From a virus, in IMG/VR virus record IMGVR_UViG_3300020172_001416, positions 1-64,000 of that record: 64,000 nt of DNA; one strand, written 5' to 3'. Both the position numbers and the translations under genes were made by a program. The notes below the pieces were generated by a model. That model was not told the origin of the DNA, made no database searches, and was given only the letters and a program-made list of their open reading frames with translations. Shown here piece by piece: positions 34,443 to 46,600 of this stretch; positions within the stretch are counted from its first letter, which is position 1, and every line of letters begins with the position of its first letter.

Positions 34443-37400
34443 ATGTCCAGAATATTTGTTAACACTCAAAATGAAGCATATAAAAGAGTAACCCAAAATG
34501 CACAAGGTGTGCAGTTTGGGCTAGGGGTTCCTACGGAATTAAGTCCAACGGAAATAGATGAGTTAGGACAAAAGTTTAACGAAATATTCTTTAATTCGGC
34601 TGACTTGCTCGAAACGAAACGCAAAATACAGATTATATTTGACAGTTTTACTGACCCAAAATTCTTTGGCGATGGTGCAGTTAAAATTGACAAAGTACAA
34701 AAATATATTGGTGAACTAGAATTAGAAGCTCAGCGTATACAAAATGATACAGTTACAAACGCTTTAAATTTTGCAAATGCAGCAGGAGGGGCTGTTGGGG
34801 CTGGGTTTGCTGTACAAGCGGCACAAGCGGCCTACGCATTACAAAATTTTAATAATGGACTAGTAGGATTAAACGTAGCAAATGCAAACCTTGTCGGCGG
34901 TTCTGCATTACAAGCCGGACTTTCTACTTTAGCAAAATATTCGTCATATCTAGCGGTAATAGTAGCTGGAGTCAAGTTAGCTGCTCAACGTAGACAACAG
35001 GGTAGAGAAGACAACTCTGCTCCGTGGAAAATGACCCGGGCAGATTTTCCAAATATCACTTCACAAGCGATTGCAGGAAATAGTAATAGACGTTCTATCG
35101 AAAGATTGTATGATTCTAGAAAAGAAACAGACTTAGCACTAAAGAGAAATCAAGTATCCACGGAAGAAGCTATTGCACTTCTTGTACGTGAAACTTTAGC
35201 TGACGCATTGTTCTGCATTTCAAACCCATCTGGCAATGCAATTACCCCGCCGGAACATCCTGGTCCTGGCGGCAATGGTACAGAAAGACCAAGCTGGGTA
35301 AATAAAGATGCGCTAATAAATCATTTTCCATTTAAGCACGTAACCACGGGATCAGATAAAGTAGAAAGAACTTATGTAAATGCATTAATATATCTCAAAA
35401 ATTATATTGATTTAATTGATGCTATCGTAAATGTACAAAACCAATCATTGTCCCGTTCTCCGGACGTAAATCAGGCAACCATCAATATCCCACTTCGCAT
35501 TACGTTATCAACTGCAAATGTACAGTTGTTTGATGCGATGGCAAATGCCGCTCGTGAAGTAATTCGAGAAAAAGTACTAACATTCTTTGATGAAAATAGA
35601 GAATACAAGACATTACTTAATCTTGGAAATGATAGACAATATGTAGCAGAATCGTGGCGTCTTGCCCCAACAATAAGTGGGTCTGTACAATTAAAGTTAT
35701 TAACTCCACTTGACCAAACGGTTACGGTAGAAACGCGGGCATTTATTAGTAGAGAATTAGCAGAATCCGTTGTAGATATTGTAGATTTTGATGCGGGTCC
35801 AGCATTAGATAATACTCCATATTTACGTCCATTTAATATGGATTCTAGAAACTTTGTAGATAACAAGATGGCAGCTGCAAATGTTTCTCTTACTACGTTG
35901 GGACTTGCAACGGGGTCCGCTGGTACAATTATTAACGGCACTACGATTAGCTATGGCGACGATGTATTCCGACGGTGGTTTACCGGCGACTTTAAGTCAT
36001 CTGAATTGAATATTGATTTTACTGATTATAACAATTTCATACATTTCGGTTCTGCATATAACAGACTTGACGCATTTAAGCAAAAGCTTTTAAAAATTGA
36101 GGAGCTAACTTCTGCTAGTATTTCATCAAGTGTATCAAGTAGTACTATCAGTTTGATGTTGAAGGCAAAGGAAAAAGAAAACATTATCAGAAACTTTGAT
36201 GCTTATGAACAATTCCTTTACTACGCAAGTCAATCCATAGCATATTCAGCTAGTGCATATTATGTAAGCTCGGAAGTTGAATATAATGTTACTGGGTCGT
36301 GGCCAAAACAATCAGATGGAACGGTCCATAGCCCAAATAGTACCGTAGCTATAAATTGGCTAACAATGCAGCAAGGCATTGCTGAACGATATGATGACAA
36401 TAATCCAAATTATTTAATAAAGAGTTTACCGAATCACATTCAAGAAGATGCGGAATCGGATGAATTCTTGATGTTTTTTGCGATGGTCGGTCACTTGATG
36501 GATAATATCAAGGTATACATTGACCAGTTCCATAATATCTATTCAACTAAGATAGACCCGTTGCAAGAACTAACGATGGACCAAGTGTATGAAGTGGCAC
36601 AATCATTTGGTTTAAAGTTACCTAATGTGTATGCGCTTGAAAATCTACAAACATTCAATGCACAATTTACCGGTGAAACCGGTTCACGTGCATATGTAGC
36701 AGAAACGTGGAAGCGGTTCTTGCACAGTATGGTTTACTTCAATAAAACCAAGGGGTCACGTACATCATTTGATGCATTATTAAATACGTACGGGATTAGT
36801 TCACCCGTTCTACAAATTAAAGAAACTACATATCCCGTAGCAGGTAATTATATTAAGTCCGATGAACTAACGTATGGGCTACAATTTACCGCGTCGGTCG
36901 ATAACTTCGTCAGAGTTCCGTTCGTTTCTTCTTCTATAACTGCGTCAACCCTACAACTACGATTTGTACCAAATAGAGTACAAAGCAGTTCTCTTGTTAC
37001 GAGTGATACTTGGGCAATTGATTTAATTCCACATCCATCTGCGTCAAAAACAGAATATGGTAAAATTCACGTAGTAAGTGGGTCTGGAAGAACTATTATC
37101 GCAACCAGTAGTTATTTCCCATTGTTCAGTGATGACTACACAAACATTATGTTACGTAGTCAATCTGGAGATATTACCATCGTACAAACGGACGGTGACC
37201 AAATATTATTCCAAGAATCCGCATCAGTAAATCTTTCTTCGTTATGGAACAGTACCACATATGCTTATGTTGGTGGGTCTGGTTCTATTAAGCTTAGTGG
37301 TAAATTTGACGGTATTATAGATGAAATTAGAGTTTGGGGAGAAAATATCTCAGATGACGATTTTATCTCACAAGCATACGATCCGGGTTCGTATTACGGA

Positions 37401-39332
37401 AATAGTTATACTTCGTCATACGCAACATTATTTGTACACGTACCATTCAGTCAACCGCTATCATCAATCACTGCATCTGTAACTAACGAAAGTCCGTATC
37501 AAAATGTATCTATTGTATCTACATTACCTGCTACTGGATTTACAACCGCATCCTTCAAGAGAATTTCTCGTACGGTTAAGCAATTTACCCCAATTGTCGG
37601 TTCTACCTCATATACCAACAATAAGGTTGTTGTCGCGCCGGCACCAGTATTCAGTAAGCAATTTATTGATGAAAGTGGAAGTAAAGTACTTAGTTCAAAG
37701 GTCAGTATAAAACAAATTGAAGACAAGCAATATATTGGTGGACAAAATATAGTTGCATTTAATATCTCACCAGTAGATTTTATTAATCAAAATATTATGC
37801 GGTCGATGGGCGTGGTGGACGTTAACAACATCATCGGTAGTCCTCGCTACACCACGGGGTCTGTATACAGTAGCCTCGACATTTTACAACGGCAATATAA
37901 GAAATATTTTAATAAAACTGTAAATCCAAACGAATATACTAGATTCTTTAAGGATTTGGTACAAGGTCCGAGTGAATTGGCTGATGATATGGCGCCTGCC
38001 CGTGCTAAGTTGCTAGATGGAATAGTAATTGAATCATCTATCCTATCACGTAACAAGGATACATTAGTTCGCTCAACCAGAGTCGATGGTAGTAATACAA
38101 GAGACTTTGACGCATATGTGTCTGGGTCTGGTTCCAGTGCGGTTGGGGCATATGACTTCTCTGCAAACTTTGCAAAGTTTAGTTTATTACCATCTGCAAG
38201 TTCCTACACATTACCAATTGATGGGATATTGCCGGTAACTGATACGGTCAATGTGGTTGACAGTACGCTTTCGTCAAAGTTACCACCATTCCGAAAAGTA
38301 AAACAAGTTATCGGTAATTCAAACGTTACATCATCCTTATTAGACAATAATAGCTCGTTCAGTTCCATAGAAGCACTTACAATAGATACAAGTGTCGGAA
38401 CTAATACACTTTCCGCTGGTTATGCTCGCAACCCATATCTTGGAATTGCATCACGGTTAGGCGGTGAAGATAATACACTTACACCATTCTACAACATTCC
38501 ACCACGGTCAGACTTGACAGAAGTTGGAACAACCAGTTATTTTCATAAAGAAAGTGGAAAATATTATTACGATATTTATACACCATACAGACAATTATAC
38601 ACTGTTCGATTAGACACCAGAACCGATTCACCGATAGACAGAGTGTATGCAAAGGTAACATTACTTCCATCAAGTTCTATTGCATTAGAATATGGAAGAA
38701 ATATCACCAAAATAGCACAGACTACATACGAATCGGGTTCTTCTGCTCAAGGAACAACTGGTGTAATTAAGATAGCTAATATATTCAGTCTTTATGGGGT
38801 ATCGGGTGCGCCGGGATTGAGAGTCCGCATGTACGCCTCGGATGTAGATAGAGGTGCAGATATCTCACGTGATTTTACTACACTTCCGAGTGGAAGTTCT
38901 GGAGTTCTATTTGATGGTTTACTTGAAGAAATACCGGCTGTATTTCCGTATGTATTGATGCAAACTCAAGGGTCTAATATCTATTATACCATTAATAATC
39001 AAACCGGTGCATCAATAACGTCTGAAATTGAATTTGATTATTTTGCATACGAACCGGATAATCTATCACCAATGGGGTACCTCCCCCGCCATTACAAGTT
39101 CAGTAGAGACAATAATACTGCACTAAAGCGTAGAAATTATCTAGGATGTCGAGATACCAATAGTACGTTTGACAATAAGCCACCATTTAGTGTATCAATT
39201 TCTAGTGAATTTAATGTGGTGGTAAACACAAACACCACACAAACTACCTCTGGAGCCGGCGGTACCGTCCAGATTCCAGAACAAATGGACACCATTACGT
39301 TTGGCGGCGGTGGTCAGTTAGACGTAAAATAA
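34443..39332 (+). CDS. large baseplate/tail protein (1629 aa) with LamG-like segment
   Basis: YNNFIHFGSA, MVGHLMDNI, KTKGSR, FDGIIDEIRVW; position among baseplate genes. Confidence 0.7.
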   Translation: MSRIFVNTQNEAYKRVTQNAQGVQFGLGVPTELSPTEIDELGQKFNEIFFNSADLLETKRKIQIIFDSFTDPKFFGDGAVKIDKVQKYIGELELEAQRIQNDTVTNALNFANAAGGAVGAGFAVQAAQAAYALQNFNNGLVGLNVANANLVGGSALQAGLSTLAKYSSYLAVIVAGVKLAAQRRQQGREDNSAPWKMTRADFPNITSQAIAGNSNRRSIERLYDSRKETDLALKRNQVSTEEAIALLVRETLADALFCISNPSGNAITPPEHPGPGGNGTERPSWVNKDALINHFPFKHVTTGSDKVERTYVNALIYLKNYIDLIDAIVNVQNQSLSRSPDVNQATINIPLRITLSTANVQLFDAMANAAREVIREKVLTFFDENREYKTLLNLGNDRQYVAESWRLAPTISGSVQLKLLTPLDQTVTVETRAFISRELAESVVDIVDFDAGPALDNTPYLRPFNMDSRNFVDNKMAAANVSLTTLGLATGSAGTIINGTTISYGDDVFRRWFTGDFKSSELNIDFTDYNNFIHFGSAYNRLDAFKQKLLKIEELTSASISSSVSSSTISLMLKAKEKENIIRNFDAYEQFLYYASQSIAYSASAYYVSSEVEYNVTGSWPKQSDGTVHSPNSTVAINWLTMQQGIAERYDDNNPNYLIKSLPNHIQEDAESDEFLMFFAMVGHLMDNIKVYIDQFHNIYSTKIDPLQELTMDQVYEVAQSFGLKLPNVYALENLQTFNAQFTGETGSRAYVAETWKRFLHSMVYFNKTKGSRTSFDALLNTYGISSPVLQIKETTYPVAGNYIKSDELTYGLQFTASVDNFVRVPFVSSSITASTLQLRFVPNRVQSSSLVTSDTWAIDLIPHPSASKTEYGKIHVVSGSGRTIIATSSYFPLFSDDYTNIMLRSQSGDITIVQTDGDQILFQESASVNLSSLWNSTTYAYVGGSGSIKLSGKFDGIIDEIRVWGENISDDDFISQAYDPGSYYGNSYTSSYATLFVHVPFSQPLSSITASVTNESPYQNVSIVSTLPATGFTTASFKRISRTVKQFTPIVGSTSYTNNKVVVAPAPVFSKQFIDESGSKVLSSKVSIKQIEDKQYIGGQNIVAFNISPVDFINQNIMRSMGVVDVNNIIGSPRYTTGSVYSSLDILQRQYKKYFNKTVNPNEYTRFFKDLVQGPSELADDMAPARAKLLDGIVIESSILSRNKDTLVRSTRVDGSNTRDFDAYVSGSGSSAVGAYDFSANFAKFSLLPSASSYTLPIDGILPVTDTVNVVDSTLSSKLPPFRKVKQVIGNSNVTSSLLDNNSSFSSIEALTIDTSVGTNTLSAGYARNPYLGIASRLGGEDNTLTPFYNIPPRSDLTEVGTTSYFHKESGKYYYDIYTPYRQLYTVRLDTRTDSPIDRVYAKVTLLPSSSIALEYGRNITKIAQTTYESGSSAQGTTGVIKIANIFSLYGVSGAPGLRVRMYASDVDRGADISRDFTTLPSGSSGVLFDGLLEEIPAVFPYVLMQTQGSNIYYTINNQTGASITSEIEFDYFAYEPDNLSPMGYLPRHYKFSRDNNTALKRRNYLGCRDTNSTFDNKPPFSVSISSEFNVVVNTNTTQTTSGAGGTVQIPEQMDTITFGGGGQLDVK

Positions 39333-39395
39333 TTGACTTAAATTAAATTACTTTATACTTATAGTAGATGTACCTTACTCAGGAGATTAAGAAAT

Positions 39396-40052
39396 ATGGG
39401 ATACCTAGATAAATCCACAATTACCGTGGACGCTATTTTAACCAATCGTGGACGGGAACTCTTGTCGCAAGGGACCGGCACGGGTAATTTCCAAATTACC
39501 AAGTTCGCAGTCGCAGACGACGAAGTGGATTACGGTCTTTATAATACCGCTCACCCACTAGGGTCAAACTATTACGGTGCAATTATTGAAAACATGCCCG
39601 TATTAGAGGCAACTCCTGATGAAACGCAAATCATGCGGTATAAGTTGGTAACGATTACTCAACCTGAATTATCGCAAACTGCAGGAACGCCAATCATTCC
39701 TCAAATTGAAATTCAAGGAACATCAATCCCAACAAGCGGTACACTTACTATCTATAGAACCGGTACATCGGGAACCACCAATATTACCGTTACACCTATT
39801 ACTACATACACCTCTACTTCTCCTTCAAAAGCTGAGACTAGTTATACAATTCTTTTGGCAGATAGTTCATTAGCAGAAGTACAAATAGTAACACCGAATA
39901 CAGGAATAGTTCCTGCAAATAGTAGAGGGTCAATCGTTGCCAATGGGCTATCATTTAAGATTAGTTCTAAAACAAAGACCGGATCAACCTCTGTTTCAAT
40001 CTTTGGTGCAGAATCCGGTGCCGTATATAATTTTACGTTAACAATCGCATAA
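39396..40052 (+). CDS. baseplate/tail structural protein
   Basis: MGYLDKSTITVDAILT..G..ITKFAVADDEVDY. Confidence 0.65.
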   Translation: MGYLDKSTITVDAILTNRGRELLSQGTGTGNFQITKFAVADDEVDYGLYNTAHPLGSNYYGAIIENMPVLEATPDETQIMRYKLVTITQPELSQTAGTPIIPQIEIQGTSIPTSGTLTIYRTGTSGTTNITVTPITTYTSTSPSKAETSYTILLADSSLAEVQIVTPNTGIVPANSRGSIVANGLSFKISSKTKTGSTSVSIFGAESGAVYNFTLTIA

Positions 40053-40064
40053 TAGGAATATCAC

Positions 40065-41123
40065 ATGCCATATAGTATTTTTACAACCTTAGATACCGGC
40101 AGTGACATAACATCATTACGTAGTAATGAAGTAACTACGGGGATGTGGTCAGGAGACACGGGAAGTCTTTCAGCAATATACACTTCAAGTGTACAATTTG
40201 CAAATTCTGGTGAGTTTTATTATGACCTCTATAACGGGGTAGATACCACTGCGTCTGACATTCAATTCTCTGTAGCATACGGACACGTAAGTGGAGCGGG
40301 TTCTCCTCCGCTTACTTCATTAAATACATCAACATTGCCTACACAAGTTACGTACGCTCAGTATCGTAATATTTTGTTGAGTAAAGACGTTTCCTTATTC
40401 TCATTTAACGAAGTAGATTCGGAAGATATTTACGTCATCAACGTACAACGTTCACGTTTAAAGCAAGCAATTGACCCAGGCAACTGGCAATTAGGATTGT
40501 CGGGATCACGCGGCATCCGTACCTTTATTGACGATAGTGGTCTTGGAACCGCTGTTGTTGGAAACCTTGTTGCAAATAATGTGTACAATATTCGCTCTGG
40601 CACACTTGATGCGGGGATTGCAACGAGTGACAGTACAGTATATGGATTAGTATTCCCAGACTACGGTGTTATCGTACTACGTCCTTCCGTGGTCAGTTCG
40701 TCGGTTGGGTTTATTACTCCTTCAAACAACATTAGAACCTCTACCTCTCGCCCATTTGCGCCATATACGGGTAGTAGTATTACTACTTATCAGTACCAAC
40801 ACGAAGGTTTAGTTCGTTCAATCTCTTCTTCTATGGCAGCGGGCTCACCATTCATCGCACGTTCCGCAGAAAAGATTACATCAAATAACTACTTCATACG
40901 TTTGAAGAACGGAAACTATAACTACTCCAATAATCCAACATACTATAGTGGGTCAAATCCACAAACGCCACTCACACCGTTCCTTGATAATCCAATCACA
41001 TATCCAACCACAATTGGACTATACAACGACGCAAATGAATTATTGGCAGTAGCAAAACTCAGTAGACCAATCCAAAAGAGTACAGATAAAGAAGCATTGA
41101 TTCGCGTTCGCTTAGACTACTAA
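40065..41123 (+). CDS. tail/baseplate structural protein
   Basis: C-terminal TTIGLYNDANELLAVAKLSRPIQK..RLDY, paralogous to 41146. Confidence 0.65.
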   Translation: MPYSIFTTLDTGSDITSLRSNEVTTGMWSGDTGSLSAIYTSSVQFANSGEFYYDLYNGVDTTASDIQFSVAYGHVSGAGSPPLTSLNTSTLPTQVTYAQYRNILLSKDVSLFSFNEVDSEDIYVINVQRSRLKQAIDPGNWQLGLSGSRGIRTFIDDSGLGTAVVGNLVANNVYNIRSGTLDAGIATSDSTVYGLVFPDYGVIVLRPSVVSSSVGFITPSNNIRTSTSRPFAPYTGSSITTYQYQHEGLVRSISSSMAAGSPFIARSAEKITSNNYFIRLKNGNYNYSNNPTYYSGSNPQTPLTPFLDNPITYPTTIGLYNDANELLAVAKLSRPIQKSTDKEALIRVRLDY

Positions 41124-41145
41124 ACCGCTTTTCGGGTGGACAATT

Positions 41146-41967
41146 ATGACTCTTCCTGTTACTGCGTTTAAGTCTCTTGCTCCTACTGAGTACACTGTAA
41201 CACCATTTCGAACATATGCCCAACATAGCTACACGCATGTTTCCGGGTCTACATCAAATTCTATTGATGTAAAAGTTCTATTTGGTAAGCAGTATGTAAC
41301 TGGAAGCGGGTTACGTGTACAAAACGATGAGCATGAATTATATGATTCTATAGTTCAATCGTTTTACTCACCGATTCCATATACATCATATGGAATTCAA
41401 TCTTCTTCGTACTCACCATCGGGGTCGGTGTTTGTAGTAAGTGCAACACAAGACCTTGTTGGAGAAGAAATAAAACCTGGTACATTTACTATTTCTATTG
41501 GTACATCGTCATCATATGATGATTCTACTGGAAATATATTTATATCACAGTCGGGTGTTGGATATAATATTGGCAGAATCTTTTACGATAAAGGTATAGC
41601 AGTTATTAAGCCACTCATCGGAGTCTCGGGTAAAATTACAAGTGGTGGAATGTGTATCGTCAGCGGAACCAACGTAAACATACAGTTCACATCCTCGGTA
41701 AAATTGTTTGAACATTCTGTTAAAGTTAAGCTAAACCCAACAGACTTTCTATACTCGGTATATAATCCATCTGCCACAAAAAAGATGATTACCGGGTCAA
41801 CCGAAACACCGTTAGTATTGATGGCTTCTCAAAGTTTATATCCATATGTCACTTCAATCGGGTTATATAATCAAGATCATGAATTGGTGGCGGTAGCTAA
41901 ACTGTCGAACCCAATCCAACGCACAGATTACAGCACGCAAACGTTTGTTGTTAAATTTGATACCTGA
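41146..41967 (+). CDS. tail/baseplate structural protein
   Basis: C-terminal TSIGLYNQDHELVAVAKLSNPIQR..KFDT. Confidence 0.65.
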   Translation: MTLPVTAFKSLAPTEYTVTPFRTYAQHSYTHVSGSTSNSIDVKVLFGKQYVTGSGLRVQNDEHELYDSIVQSFYSPIPYTSYGIQSSSYSPSGSVFVVSATQDLVGEEIKPGTFTISIGTSSSYDDSTGNIFISQSGVGYNIGRIFYDKGIAVIKPLIGVSGKITSGGMCIVSGTNVNIQFTSSVKLFEHSVKVKLNPTDFLYSVYNPSATKKMITGSTETPLVLMASQSLYPYVTSIGLYNQDHELVAVAKLSNPIQRTDYSTQTFVVKFDT

Positions 41968-41975
41968 GGATTTTT

Positions 41976-42350
41976 ATGTCATTACTAGACTTATACAACA
42001 ATTGGAATTTTAAAAACGGAAATACTTTAGGTACCAATAAAACACCTAGAGAACAAACCGAAGGTAAAGTTGCGGCAGACTTTTTACCAAACACGTATCA
42101 ATCAGAAGTTAGAAATCGTGACCCACACAACAAGACGGTTACACAAGCGGCAGCTGATGATGCAACTAATGGAACATTCAACACTACCTCGGCATTCAAA
42201 TATTATAGTACTTTAATTAACAGTCCGTTAAAAACATTTAAGTCTAAAGTAGTACACTTATACAACGCACAAGGAACCGATTCTACTAAATACGCAACTT
42301 CAAACGAAATTAGAAACACACCAGGCGCATTATATAATACAAACAGTTAA
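41976..42350 (+). CDS. hypothetical protein
   Basis: GAGG SD, ORF. Confidence 0.7.
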   Translation: MSLLDLYNNWNFKNGNTLGTNKTPREQTEGKVAADFLPNTYQSEVRNRDPHNKTVTQAAADDATNGTFNTTSAFKYYSTLINSPLKTFKSKVVHLYNAQGTDSTKYATSNEIRNTPGALYNTNS

Positions 42351-42367
42351 TGTTATAAGAGGTTACG

Positions 42368-42718
42368 ATGAAACCACGTAGTGCAAAAAATAAAGGTAAG
42401 CGGTTACAAAACGCAGTACGAGATATGATTTTAGAAAACTTCACACAATTGGAACCAGATGATGTGGTTTCAACCTTGATGGGTGATAGTGGAACAGATA
42501 TTAAGTTGTCACCTGCGGCGCGGAAGGTATTTCCCTACTCTCCAGAATGTAAGAACCAAGAAAAGATGAACATCTGGGCTTCTCTGGAACAAGCAGAAGG
42601 GAATACGAAAGAAGGAACGACTCCCGTTCTCTTCTTTAAGAGAAATAATACACCAGTGTACGCGGTTATTCCCGCAGAGCACTTCTTTCAACTGGTTAAT
42701 AAAAAAGAAGTTGAATAA
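42368..42718 (+). CDS. PD-(D/E)xK nuclease, putative Holliday junction resolvase
   Basis: SAKNKGKRLQ..GTDI..ECKN..QA..PVLFFKRN. Confidence 0.7.
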   Translation: MKPRSAKNKGKRLQNAVRDMILENFTQLEPDDVVSTLMGDSGTDIKLSPAARKVFPYSPECKNQEKMNIWASLEQAEGNTKEGTTPVLFFKRNNTPVYAVIPAEHFFQLVNKKEVE

Positions 42719-42724
42719 GAAAAC

Positions 42725-42753
42725 TTGACAATTTATAGAAGAGAGGTTAGATT
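42725..42753 (+). promoter_or_regulatory. sigma70-like promoter for primase-SbcDC
   Basis: TTGACA-17 nt-TAGATT. Confidence 0.6.
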
Positions 42754-42759
42754 TCTATT

Positions 42760-43671
42760 ATGAATCTAATCTCTCTTTTGTCGCAAATATTAGGTGATTT
42801 TAAACAGTTTGGAAATGGTGAGCACTATTTCCAATGTCCTTTTTGCCATAATCATAAGAGAAAATTCGCTGTCAATTTGTTAAAAAATGTTTTTCATTGT
42901 TGGCATTGTGGGGCTAAAGGACGTTCTTTAATAACACTATTTAAGAGACTGGATGTATCTCCTTCCCAAATGAAGGAGCTAAAGTCGCTTCTGTCCGATG
43001 ACCAAGTACGGAACTATGTAGAAACAGCGGACGAAGTTACTGACCTTTATCTCCCGCCTGGTTTCAAGCCATTGTGGATTCCATCAAAAAATCTTCACTA
43101 TAAGCACGCTGTTCGGTATATGAAGAACAGAGGAATTACGGGATACGATATTATCAGATATCAGATGGGATACACAGTTGATGGTCCGTATGCGAATCGT
43201 ATTATTATCCCGTCGTACGATACAAATAACAAGCTAAATTATTTTATCGCCCGCAGTTTCTATGATGGCGGGATGAAATATAAGAACCCACCTGTCTCAA
43301 AAAATGTGGTGATGTTCGAGAATCAAATTAATTGGAAGATGCCGTTGGTGCTGTGTGAAGGTGTGTTCGATGCTATCGCCATTCGTCGAAACGCCGTGCC
43401 ACTTTTGGGTAAGTTCGTACCTAAAAAGCTATTGAAGCAAATGGTGAAGAACAAAGTCAAAGATGTCTATGTCGTACTGGATGATGATGCATTAAACGAT
43501 GCACGTGAAATCGAACAAACGTTAAATACATATGAGATGAATGTAAGGCTGGTAAACCTTGACAAGAAAGACCCTTCGGAGTTAGGTTTCAAGGATACGT
43601 GGGAATGCATCGAACGTGGGTCTGCAACAACATTTAAAGACTATATTGGTGGCAGGTTACAGAATATATGA
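42760..43671 (+). CDS. DNA primase (Zn finger + TOPRIM)
   Basis: CPFC..FHCWHC, RIIIP, KYKNP, LCEGVFDA, LDDDA, KDP. Confidence 0.9.
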   Translation: MNLISLLSQILGDFKQFGNGEHYFQCPFCHNHKRKFAVNLLKNVFHCWHCGAKGRSLITLFKRLDVSPSQMKELKSLLSDDQVRNYVETADEVTDLYLPPGFKPLWIPSKNLHYKHAVRYMKNRGITGYDIIRYQMGYTVDGPYANRIIIPSYDTNNKLNYFIARSFYDGGMKYKNPPVSKNVVMFENQINWKMPLVLCEGVFDAIAIRRNAVPLLGKFVPKKLLKQMVKNKVKDVYVVLDDDALNDAREIEQTLNTYEMNVRLVNLDKKDPSELGFKDTWECIERGSATTFKDYIGGRLQNI

Positions 43672-46600
43672 GAATTGACGTACCATTTAAGAAGTTACGA
43701 ACAATCGCACATACCGCAGATATTCACATCCGTCTTTTCAAGCGTCACGAAGAATATCGGGAAGCATTTAATACATTCTACCAGCAACTCCGTCAGACAG
43801 ATTTAACTGACGGGGTTATCCTTGTTGCTGGTGATATACTTCATGCTAAGACGGATATGAGTCCAGAGATGGTGGAACTCGCGTCAGAATTTCTCCGTAA
43901 TCTTGCGGACATTGCTCCAACTTTCATCATCGCAGGCAATCACGACCTCAATCTGTCCAATATGAATCGGTTGGATAGTTTGACGCCGATTATTAAGAAT
44001 CTGAACCATCCGAATCTCCATTACTTCAAACACTCCGATATCTACCAAGTTGCTGACGTAGATTTCGCAGTATTTTCTATATTAGATGACCGTGACCAAT
44101 GGCCGGTTGTCGAAGATTGTCGTAAGAATGTACGAAAGATTGCATTATACCACGGACCAGTTCACGGCGCACAAACCGATGTCAAGTACGTCATCACCAA
44201 TCGTCACGTAGATGTGACCACATTCGAGGGATATGACGCCGTACTTCTTGGTGATATTCACAAGTATCAAGTATTGCAGGAAAGTAATCCCGTCATCGTG
44301 TACTCATCGTCGCTTATCCAACAGAACCACGGAGAAACGGTTACTGGTCACGGCTGGTGTCTCTGGAATGTTGAAGAGTGTACACACGTATTTAAGGAAC
44401 TTCCGAACGCATATGGATATTACACACTGGAGTTAGTCGAAGGTAAGATTAACTTTCCAATCGATATGCCGAAGAATGTCCGACTTCGGTTGTTCACGGG
44501 AAACGCTGATACATCACTCATTAAGAAAACGACAGCGGCACTTCGGAAGCGTTACAATGTGATTGAATTGAGCATCAACAAGAATCGGTTCAATAATTCA
44601 TCCCCGTCGTATCGTAAAGGAACGCATATCACGACCGATGTAACTAATGTGAACACGCAGAATTCGTTGATTCAAGATTGGATTGAACGGAATCACGAAA
44701 CCGTTGATGATGAATTGATGAAAAAGGTTGTATCCGTCAACAATAAGTTGAACGCCCAAATAAGTCATGAGGACCACTCACGAAATATCCATTGGCGTCC
44801 GTTGAAGTTCACGTTCTCCAATATGTTCTCGTATGGTGAGAATAACGAGATTGATTTTGAGAATATGCATGGGATTCACGGTATCTTTGCTCAGAATGCA
44901 TCTGGGAAGAGTTCATCGATGGATGCTCTTATCTTCTGTCTCTACGACAAGACTCCTCGTGCGTTCCGCGGTGACCATATTATGAACAATCGGAAAGATA
45001 CGTTTGAATGTGAGTTGAAGTTTGAGATTGACCAAGAAACTTATTTCATCCGTCGAACAGGTACACGGAAAAAGACAGGCGATGTCAAGGTGGACGTTTC
45101 GTTCTGGAAGGAACATTCTGATGGAACGCATACTTCGTTGAACGGTGAAGACCGCCGGGATACAAACGCCAATATCCGTAACTATGTAGGCAGTTATGAG
45201 GACTTCGTATTGACCACGTTGAGTAGTCAGACGGCAAACGCCCTATTCATTGACAAGTCACATTCGGAACGGAAGGACTTACTTATCCAATTTATGGGAT
45301 TGAATATCTTTGATAAGTTATTTGATACCGCAAACGAGGAGAGTAAGGAAATCTCTGGTGCACTCAAAAAGTTTAAGAAGATTGATTTCGACCAAACCCT
45401 ATCGGATACCCAAACCAAGTTAGAAAATGCAAAGGTACAACACGAAATGGTAGAAACTACTATCACGGAAATCAAGGGCGAACGTGAGGTGTTAGATGGG
45501 AAACTTCGTGATTGGCAGACCCAAAAGAAACCCGTCCCGAATATTGAACTAAATTTGGATAAACTGCAACAGAAGTTGGTTGAGACTAATAAATTAATTA
45601 CGCAACATACCGAAAGTAGAGCTGACGCCGAAACCAGACTCCAAGAACTTCACTCAACGATTACCGAAAAGACGCAGCAGGTTGTGGATGCGAACGTCCC
45701 AGAACTTCGTCAATCGGTAGAAGAATATAACAGATTGTCTGCTTTATTCAATAAGGGGACTGCCGCATTAAAGCTGACTACATCAAAGGTAACGGAGAAG
45801 GAAAAGTTCAAGACCAAGTTGGAAAGTTACAAGTATAATCCAGATTGTAATGTCTGCGTAGAAAACAACAAGTCTATCATTGAAGATATGGAGTCTGTCA
45901 CTCACGAACTTGTTGACTTGTATGAACTTCAGACTAAACAAGAAGATGCAGTAAACGAAATCAAACAGCAGATGGAACCGTTGGTCGATAAGGTTAATCT
46001 CTGTGCATACTACGAGAAGATACAGAGTGAAGTCCAACAACTCCAGAAGAAGGCAAGTGGATTAGAACTGGATATTCAGAAGTTGATTACCAGTATTGAA
46101 AAGTGTGACCGTAATCGGGAACAGATTGAGAAGGACATTGAATTACATAAGGTGAACGAAGAAAACATCAAGCACAACAAGACGGTTGACGAACATATCA
46201 GTCACGTTGAATACGATATTAGTGTCAACAAAAAGACGATGGACAAGTTGGAGAAGCAACTTCGGGAACTTCACGGTGAAATTAAGGTATTAGAGGCTAC
46301 TAAAACTGATATCCTTAACCAAATCAAGGAAGCAGAAGAACTTGAAGATACTTACGAAGCCTACAAGTATTATATGGAAGCCGTGGGTCGTGACGGGGTA
46401 CCATACGAACTGATGTCACGGGCAATCCCGGCGATTGAGTCTGAAATAAATAATATTTTAACACAGATTGTCGAGTTCACCATTTCTCTCGAAGTGGATG
46501 GGAAGAACATTCTTGGGAAGCTTAACTACGACCACGAACGTATTTGGCCGTTGGAAAACTCGTCGGGTATGGAACGATTCATCAGCAGTCTCGCCATTCG